DNA from: Thelocarpon superellum
Lineage: Eukaryota
Assembly: GCA_026025795.1 (NCBI GenBank)
Contig: JAPEUG010000032.1
Location: forward strand, 57,681-77,680
DNA length: 20,000 bases
Reading direction: 5' to 3'
A program made the position numbers and the translations under genes. This document shows positions 13,052 to 20,000 of the stretch, one piece after another (the stretch's first letter is position 1; each line of letters opens with the position of its first letter). The notes below the pieces were generated by a model. The model had not been told where the DNA came from, made no database searches, and worked only from the letters and a program-made list of their open reading frames with translations.

Positions 13052-14310
13052 CTAATGCCCAAAAACCAGCTTGGGCTGATACGGCTCCTCGAGGTATTTG
13101 ACATCCTCCTCGGACAGCTTAAACTGGAGCGCTTCGCACGCCTGGTTGATGCGTTCCTTGCTGCTGAGGCCGATAATGGGATTGACCCCCTCCTTGGAGA
13201 GACACCAGGCCGTGGCCACCGTGGCCATGGAAATATCGTGCTTTTTGGCCACTTCCTCCACGCGGTCGACAATGACTTTGTCGACGTCAGTCTCGCGCTT
13301 GCGGATCGTATCGATGATCCTGTCGTTCTCGGCGCGTGCGGAGCTGCGGTCGTTCCAAGGCCGGGCTAGAATCCCTCGGTGCAGCGGAGACCACGGGATG
13401 AGGCCGATGCCCGTGGCACGGCAGTAGGGGATCATCTCCCGTTCTTCTTCGCGGTACACGAGGTTGTAGAAATTCTGCATGCTAATAAACTTGGTCCAGC
13501 CGTGCTTGTCCGCGATGTTTTGGAGTGCTTGGAACTCCCACGCTGCCATCTGTATGGTGCATGGTCTTAGCATTCCCTCCACGGATGACAAGCACGAGAG
13601 GGTCTGACCGAGCTTGCGCCAATGTATCGGACCTTGCCCGATTCGACCACGTCATGCAATGCCTTCATGATCTCCTCTTTGGGAGTTTCCTGGTCCAGAC
13701 GGTGGATCTGGAGAACATCGATGTAGGTGCCCAATCGCTTCACACTAGCATCCACCGCGTCGAAAATGTGCTTCCGGCTCAAGCCTTGTCGGTTGATCAT
13801 GAGCTCGTCGGTATTCGACTTGGCAAGGTCGGGATGTTTGGCCTGCTCCGGGTTGGTCGGAAAGTAGCATTTGGAGAGAATGACGACTCGCTCGCGCGGA
13901 ATGTTGTATTTCGTCAAGGCCTTGCCGATAATCTCTTCCGACCGACCGTGCGAATAGATATCAGCCTGCGGCGCCGGTCAGTCCCGAACTTGCTGAGTCC
14001 CCCCACAGGAGCTTCCGAAGGGAGGAAGGAGAGTGAGGTAGACCGTATCCCACGTGTTCAAGCCAACTTTGTAGGCGTGTTCCAAGAGCGGAAGGGCCTC
14101 TTCTTCCTCCAAGATCCAATCCTGCCAGCTCCTGCTGCCATAAGACATGGCTCCGAGAATGACCTTGGAGACCTTCAGGCCTGAGTTGCCGAGACGGGTA
14201 TATTCCATTTTAGCATCGGTCATTTTCACTGAAGTGGAGGACCAATGACGGGCTGGTGGAAAGGAGATTGTTCGAACGACAGTACTTCTTACGACACTCG
14301 CTCTGAACAT
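13052..14310 (-). CDS. Aldo-keto reductase of a different subfamily (YajO/VrdA-like); complement(join(13052..13549,13609..13965,14044..14310)), 373 aa from ATG 14310 or 344 aa from ATG 14223
   Basis: MEYTRLGNSGLKVSKVILGAMSYG, WDTADIYSHGRSEEIIG (D/Y), VILSKC (K), GLSRKHIFDAV, LQIHR (H), YIGASSMAAWEF, MQNFYNLVYREEEREMIPYC and PWSPL. Intron positions are fixed by protein continuity. Confidence 0.92.
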
Positions 14311-16189
14311 GAAGGCGAGCCTTACCGGCGGGTGGGGACGAGCGGGAAGGACGCCTTATACCTGTTTTTCTACCCGGAACATCTCGGTGAACACGCTCGG
14401 ACCAATGACGGAGATTCGGAATGTGTCCGAGGTTTCCGCTCGGATGGACCGTGCCGATAGGGCGTTGTGGCGTTTTGAGCTACGTTCCTCGTGATATTTC
14501 ACAAGCATCTCCGAATATCTTGAGTCTAGATACGACATTTGATCTAGCTCAAAGACACGTCGCGAGCTGTACTAGACTGGAGACCCGCCTCAGGTCGTCT
14601 GGCTCCTGACACCTCCGAGCAGACAGGCCCCCGACAGGATCGCCGACGGGGTCGTTGCACCCCTGCTCTGCGCAGTAGGGGAGCTCTGAGCCACCCCAGA
14701 CGTTTATTAATCCATTTTTGCACCTAAGACTTGTCGCTCGTGCTGAACTTGTGTCCGCCGAGCGACTGCGTCTCAGTTTCAGCGTTGCAGAAGTGGGGTC
14801 TATCAATGCAGACCCACCCGCCGATCCCCTAAGTTATCTTCATCGGCACGGACGTGCACGTATGCGGGGTCTTCGGCGTCGCTTGGTCGAATGGCAGCTT
14901 GCCGGATGACGGCATTTATTCATCAACCCTACAGCTACGCTCTCAGCCAATGCCTGATTGTGCACTTGCATCCCTCTCTCGCAAAGCGCACAACGCCCGT
15001 TGTTGAGATACGTCCCCTGTAGGAGCCGGTCGGGATGACGCACGTTTCGTTGAAGCAATGTGGTCCTTGGTGACCGACACCTGCCCCTTTGCGCCTAGTC
15101 CTGGGCGACACAAGAGATCTGTGCTATCTGCCGAGGGCTGGAAGCAAGCGTCGCAATGTATCAGATCTATTCTTTCCTCGAACTCATACGGAAGAGAACA
15201 GATGATACGGCGGTGCCATGAGTACCGCCACACCCTTCTCGTTTGTCCTTTCAGCCTCGAATCCCAGTCCTCCCGATTGAACAAATGTTCGTGTGTGCGG
15301 ATGGGTGGGCGGTGTCTTTCTCTGTCTTCGCGGCCCGTGCGGTTACGTAACTACGTCGTCGGAGCTTTCCGCGAATGGAGTGGTTCGGCCCCTGGTGACC
15401 CGTCGCAACACCCGTTCTTAAAATATCGTAAGCTCGCGCCACTGCTACTACGGGCCGACGGCATCACTCGGGGTTCTAAGTCGCCAAAGTCTCGCCCAAG
15501 CAGTGCCCCCTGATCCCATCGCCTTCATTCAGTACTTGGACTTCTGGACCTGGTCGCATCGAACGGTGGAAATTCCGAGCATTCGCAAATTGTTGCGTCC
15601 CTGACGTCAGGCTCAGGCCTTCTTGACGCAACCGTCTGGCTTACGAGTATGTATAATGTAACGTGCTCGTACTCGTACAAACCACAGGTACCTGGACGAG
15701 GGCGGCACGGTGCTAGTCGCGACAGAGACGCTCCCGGCACATGCATTCCATATCCCCTAGCAACAGGGTTGAAATAGCTACGGAGGCCAGAGGACCGAGT
15801 AGTTAACTGTGATCACGAGTAGTGACGGCGAATAATGGCGGGCAGTGAATCGGCGTGCTGCCTGCAGCCGGCAGAGCAAATGACCATCAGCCCGTACCGC
15901 ACCTCATTCCTGCACGGACCAGTCTCTTGAAACTCCTCCGAGTCCGTGGCGGAGATCCGACACACCTTTCACCGTCGGTCCTTTGCCAATACGACCTTGT
16001 GTCTCTGACATTTTGGGTGTGCTCCTGACTCGTCACGGCGGACCATCACTGCATTATCTCCTACCAAGGCCCCGTGCGACGACCCTGCGTCGAAACAACC
16101 TCGCCTCTCGCGGCGTTCCTTTTCACTCGTTTCACGCCGGCCCTTCCGCCGGCAAGGCCCTTCCTTCGACCGACGCCATCACACCGAAG

Positions 16190-16266
16190 GTACTTCACCA
16201 TTGTGCTCAAACCCGACCCTGCTCCGTCGCTCATGCCTTCCTAAGTCCTCACGTTGACTTCTTCAG
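16190..16266 (+). other. Possible 77-nt 5'-UTR intron of the downstream unknown gene
   Basis: AAG|GTACTT donor, GTTGAC branch-like site (16253-16258) and TTCAG acceptor 26 nt before the ATG at 16293. Confidence 0.4.
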
Positions 16267-16292
16267 CGTCAGCGTGGCCCTCGTCCCTTTCC

Positions 16293-19200
16293 ATGCCCAT
16301 CAAGATCCCCAGGGGTTTCGCCCGCCGCAAGTCGTCGGGCAATGCCCTCGAAGAGTTCAAGAGCACCAGTGAATCCTCCTTCCGCGTCCTCGAGCGGCCT
16401 CGTACCGGCAGCAAGTCGTTTGACGGCGGCAGTAAGTTGGCCAGCTACGCCGGCGCACCCGTCTCGGCCGCCTTTCGGAAGCCCGAGGGCACCTTCTCGG
16501 AGGAGCAGCGAGCCCAGTCAAATCGGTATGTGCACAGCAAGGCAGTAACGGGGACGGCACCTGCTGACGGCCTCGGAAGTGGTAGCGGAGGCTCCAACAC
16601 TAACTCCTCCAGCAATGGCGCCTCTCACGACAATGGCTCCTCCACGCGGTTGAGCTCATCGTCGACGGCCCCGTCGTCAACCGACGCCCCCACCCCCGAC
16701 GTCCCCCATCCTTTCCGTGCCTCGAAGACACCCTACAATGTTCCCATCCCACCCGAACCCGAAGCCCAGCCTGCCTTCACACTCCGCGCTGGGGGTCGCA
16801 CGTTCTCCTTTGGGTCCAAAACCCCACGGCCCTCTACGTCGGCCTCCTGGAAAGACCCTCCGATGGTCCAGGAGCCGGATGATCTGACCAACCGAGGCCG
16901 GACCTTGACGGAGAGTAGCTACGCCAGCACCGCCGTCCCACCCAAGCTCGACACCGACCTGGGCGCGTCTGACTTCGGCTTTTCCAACATGTTCGATGAC
17001 ATTGGCAAACGACGGAGTGCTCCGCTGGCCCAACAATTCTCCGACGCACCTGTCTTGAGCCCGGTATGCATTACGGTAGTCTCATCTCTGACCGGGTTTG
17101 CGACTGACCCGTGCGCCCAGGAATCGGTCTCCTCGCCAGAACTCCACACGCCGCCTGCCCCGCTGACGACCGCACCGACGTCCTACAAAACCTCCTCTAC
17201 TCCGCCCGCCGATCTCTTTCCTGATCACACCTCGTCGCCCTATTCGCCACGCAGTGAGGGTTCTCGTGATGCCTTGATCTCGGCCGGTTCCCCTGGGGCA
17301 CACCGATGGGTCTCCAATGACCTAGAGGGACCCGCTGTGGCGAACGGGTCAAGTCATGGGATCCCATCGAACAATGCCTCGACCACGCGTAGTCCGAGGT
17401 CGGGGCGGGGGTCTCGCGGGGGACTGCAAAGACGAAGCGCAGTATTGGGATCACGATCGTCGACGCTGGTCGAGGATGAAGATGCCAAGCTGGTTATGCA
17501 GTCCATGAATGCCGTCAGGGCGCTCGAGCGGCAATCTGACAGCATGCCGAACTTGACCGGCGATCATGAGGCCTGGGCAGGTCGAGCAGCGGACTCGCGA
17601 AGGCTCTTCGACAGTGAAGACGCCGCGGACGCGGAACTCTTCCCCGCCAAGGGAGTCCCGTTGCCGCCGGGAAATACTTCACGGCCAAACCCGCCGAAGG
17701 ATTCACTTTACGCCGTGCCGCAAGCTGGCCACTCTAGCGACCCGACGCTAAACCGGCCGCCGTTCAAGCGGGTCATGACGCCGGCGCAGTTCGAACGGTA
17801 TCGGCAGCAAAGTGACCTGTTGCGGAACCGAAGTGACGCGTCGAAGAGTGACGGGTCGGAGGATGGAGATCTCTATGATGATCAAGATGAAACGGAACGG
17901 AACCGGCAGCTCGCGAAACAACGGCGAAAGCAAGAAGCGCACCTCTCCGTCTATCGCCAGCAGATGATGAAAATGACCGGCGAGCAAACCGCAGATGTGC
18001 CGCTCCTGGGTCAAGCCCGACCCGGTCTTGATCCCAGGGGAAGCTTGAGCACGCCGAATCTCACGACGCGCATGTCCATGATTGAGCTTGGCGGTGAAGG
18101 AGGGCAGGACGCCGGAAAGATGAGCGATGACGAGGATGAAGATATCCCCCTCGGGATCCTGGCGGCGCACGGCTTTCCCCACAAGCAACGTCCTCCCAAC
18201 CGACTCTCTATGGCCAATCATCCGCCACCGACCGTACGGGCGTCGACGCAACCGGGCGCCTACCCACCCCCGCCATCGTCTGTGGCCGGAAAACGTACGA
18301 GTACGCTACCGGTGTTTGCGAGGAATCTTCCACAGGACCCCTATTACGGAGCAGGACTCGTCAACGCCCCGAATCGAGAATCGCTTGCAATGAACGGAGG
18401 AGGATCGACAGGGATTCCGCCGGGTGGCCTTGTCGGCGTCATCGCCGGAGAAGAACGAGCGCGGGCTATGCGGCGGGGCAGTCCGAATGCCCCCTTTTCG
18501 TCAGGGGATCCAGCATTCACGGGGCCTGGCATGTCAGGCCAACTGCATCCTTCGATGGCGTCTACGGGTCGCAGCATGACCATGCCGGGAGGGATGCCGA
18601 TGGGACCGATGGGACCTATGGGACCGATGGGACCATTGGGTGGCATGCCGATGATGAACCAGGGCGATCCAGCCTTGGCACAGGTGTCGCAACAGATGCA
18701 GCAGATGATGCAAATGCAGATGGAATGGATGCAGCAGATGATGCAGCTGCAGGGCATGCAGGCGGGAGTGGCGCCGCCTCCGGCGCCTCCATTCGTCGCT
18801 CCTCCCGTGTCGTTCCCGGCTGGCTCAGGCGGATTCCCTCCCAACCTCAATGCCGCCCCTGGCTCTCCAAACATTGGACTCGCGCCACAGCGGCCGATGA
18901 GCTCACTTGACCCTGGCATGCTCTCGGCCAACGGATCCAGTTCGCGTCTCTCTCAGTACGGTGCGCCAACGCAGCCAACGTTCCTCAGTCCGCACGGCTA
19001 CACTCCGTCGATTGCTCCCTCAGAGCGAAGCAACGTGGGCATGCCGACGCGATACCGACCGGTGTCGACTTCTGGACCCAGCACGACGCCCGAGAAAGGG
19101 TCGCGCTCGTCGTCGTTAACGCTTCAAAATTGGACCAGCGGTGGCCCCAGCGCTGACCGGACGTCGACCATCCATCTCGTTCCACAAGATGCGGGTAGAC

Positions 19201-19394
19201 CGGTTGGCATGCGCCAGGGACGGCTCTCATCTTCACGTGATCGCGGGGACGAAGAAGACGACGACGACGAGGGCTGGGAGGAAATGAAGCGGAAACGCGA
19301 GAAGAAGAAATCGTCGTGGAAGCTGAAGCGGGATGGGAAGGGAAACGCGTTACGAGATGCGGCTAGTGCTGCGTCGACCCTATTCTCGACCTGA
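16293..19394 (+). CDS. Large low-complexity protein of unknown function; join(16293..16525,16580..17063,17121..19394), ~996 aa
   Basis: 3.1-kb open frame with two in-frame introns (GTATGT..GCTGAC..AAG; GTATGC..ACTGAC..CAG). Ordered islands [70 protein letters not shown] and [19 protein letters not shown] resemble uncharacterised proteins of filamentous ascomycetes (recognition from memory, not searched). Confidence 0.85.
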   Translation: MPIKIPRGFARRKSSGNALEEFKSTSESSFRVLERPRTGSKSFDGGSKLASYAGAPVSAAFRKPEGTFSEEQRAQSNRYVHSKAVTGTAPADGLGSGSGGSNTNSSSNGASHDNGSSTRLSSSSTAPSSTDAPTPDVPHPFRASKTPYNVPIPPEPEAQPAFTLRAGGRTFSFGSKTPRPSTSASWKDPPMVQEPDDLTNRGRTLTESSYASTAVPPKLDTDLGASDFGFSNMFDDIGKRRSAPLAQQFSDAPVLSPVCITVVSSLTGFATDPCAQESVSSPELHTPPAPLTTAPTSYKTSSTPPADLFPDHTSSPYSPRSEGSRDALISAGSPGAHRWVSNDLEGPAVANGSSHGIPSNNASTTRSPRSGRGSRGGLQRRSAVLGSRSSTLVEDEDAKLVMQSMNAVRALERQSDSMPNLTGDHEAWAGRAADSRRLFDSEDAADAELFPAKGVPLPPGNTSRPNPPKDSLYAVPQAGHSSDPTLNRPPFKRVMTPAQFERYRQQSDLLRNRSDASKSDGSEDGDLYDDQDETERNRQLAKQRRKQEAHLSVYRQQMMKMTGEQTADVPLLGQARPGLDPRGSLSTPNLTTRMSMIELGGEGGQDAGKMSDDEDEDIPLGILAAHGFPHKQRPPNRLSMANHPPPTVRASTQPGAYPPPPSSVAGKRTSTLPVFARNLPQDPYYGAGLVNAPNRESLAMNGGGSTGIPPGGLVGVIAGEERARAMRRGSPNAPFSSGDPAFTGPGMSGQLHPSMASTGRSMTMPGGMPMGPMGPMGPMGPLGGMPMMNQGDPALAQVSQQMQQMMQMQMEWMQQMMQLQGMQAGVAPPPAPPFVAPPVSFPAGSGGFPPNLNAAPGSPNIGLAPQRPMSSLDPGMLSANGSSSRLSQYGAPTQPTFLSPHGYTPSIAPSERSNVGMPTRYRPVSTSGPSTTPEKGSRSSSLTLQNWTSGGPSADRTSTIHLVPQDAGRPVGMRQGRLSSSRDRGDEEDDDDEGWEEMKRKREKKKSSWKLKRDGKGNALRDAASAASTLFST

Positions 19395-19435
19395 GAAGAA
19401 ATGGGAGAAGAAGCGATGAGTTGAGACTACAAGAA

Positions 19436-19621
19436 GCGATGGCGATGGCGATGGCGATGGCGATGGCGATGGCGATGGCGATGGCGATGGCGATGGCGAT
19501 AGCGATGGCGATGGCGATGGCGATGGCGATGGCGATGGCGATGGCGATGGCGATGGCGATGGCGATGGCGATGGCGATGGCGATGGCGATGGCGATGGCG
19601 ATGGCGATGGCGATGGCGATG
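19436..19621. repeat. Hexanucleotide microsatellite (GCGATG)31 with one G>A variant at 19501
   Basis: 186-nt tandem array read directly, starting 42 nt after the stop codon at 19394. Confidence 0.98.
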
Positions 19622-19730
19622 GAGTTGGGATGTGGGATGGAGCGAGCGACCGAGCAAGGGAAGCGTTTGATATGTCAAGAGAAAGGGCGAAAGAGAAAGA
19701 GAGAAAGGGGAAGCCTGGACGAGCTCGGGA

Positions 19731-19768
19731 GAGACTCGAGACTTGAGACTTGAGATTCGAGACCCGAG
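19731..19768. repeat. Degenerate 7-mer tandem repeat (GAGACTY)x5
   Basis: gagactc gagactt gagactt gagattc gagaccc gag. Confidence 0.8.
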
Positions 19769-20000
19769 GCCTGAAAGAGTGTGGTGTGCATTCCATCTAG
19801 ATTTTCTTGATCCTAATCTTCTCTTTGTTTCTCACACTCTTTCACCGGCACTCACCGGCACTCATCCACTCATCGACATTCTCTACTGCTTGCATCTGAC
19901 AACTCTTGGGTTTCTTCTCCATCATCAATTGCATTGTATTTGTATCATTTGCACGTTTCTTCCACCCTGGACTGTTCCTGTCTGTCTGCCTGTCTCTAGC

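Noticed and set aside
12896..13054. Cryptic peroxisomal PTS1 by readthrough of either AKR stop
   Set aside because: Stops are TAG without the TGA-CTA readthrough context, and the extensions do not end in an SKL-like tripeptide.
9482..14384. Shared 13-mer ACCCGGAACATCT at 9482-9494 and 14372-14384
   Set aside because: A few distant 13-mer matches are expected by chance in 20 kb and it matches no motif I can name.
15380..15400. GGTTCGGCCCC resembling a tRNA T-loop
   Set aside because: No cloverleaf, A-box or acceptor stem can be built.
19413..19425. GCGATGAGTTGAG resembling the yeast PAC element
   Set aside because: Located just after a stop codon and similar to the adjacent microsatellite unit.
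19380..19796. ORFs encoding poly(AM), poly(SP) and poly(HR), and a CRISPR-like reading of the array
   Set aside because: Artefacts of the hexamer microsatellite; no spacers, eukaryotic context.

Overview
GC-rich, gene-dense region of a filamentous ascomycete (Pezizomycotina-type) genome with short spliceosomal introns. Eight protein-coding genes were reconstructed exon by exon: MPC1 (+), IES1 (-), DED1 (-), SWS2/uS13m (-), ER cyclophilin B (+), an aryl-alcohol-dehydrogenase-like aldo-keto reductase (+), a second, convergent aldo-keto reductase (-) and a ~1000-aa low-complexity protein of unknown function (+) followed by a (GCGATG)31 microsatellite. No RNA gene, transposon or CRISPR-like array was found. 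The notable signals are isoform switches. (1) A hidden last intron in cyclophilin B would swap the HAEL ER-retention tail for a transmembrane anchor with a basic tail. (2) A predicted DED1 5'-UTR intron holds the only upstream AUG, which opens an ORF overlapping the main start. (3) The second AKR has an optional mitochondrial-type presequence behind a weak-context AUG. All gene models come from splice signals and protein recognition only, with no transcript evidence.
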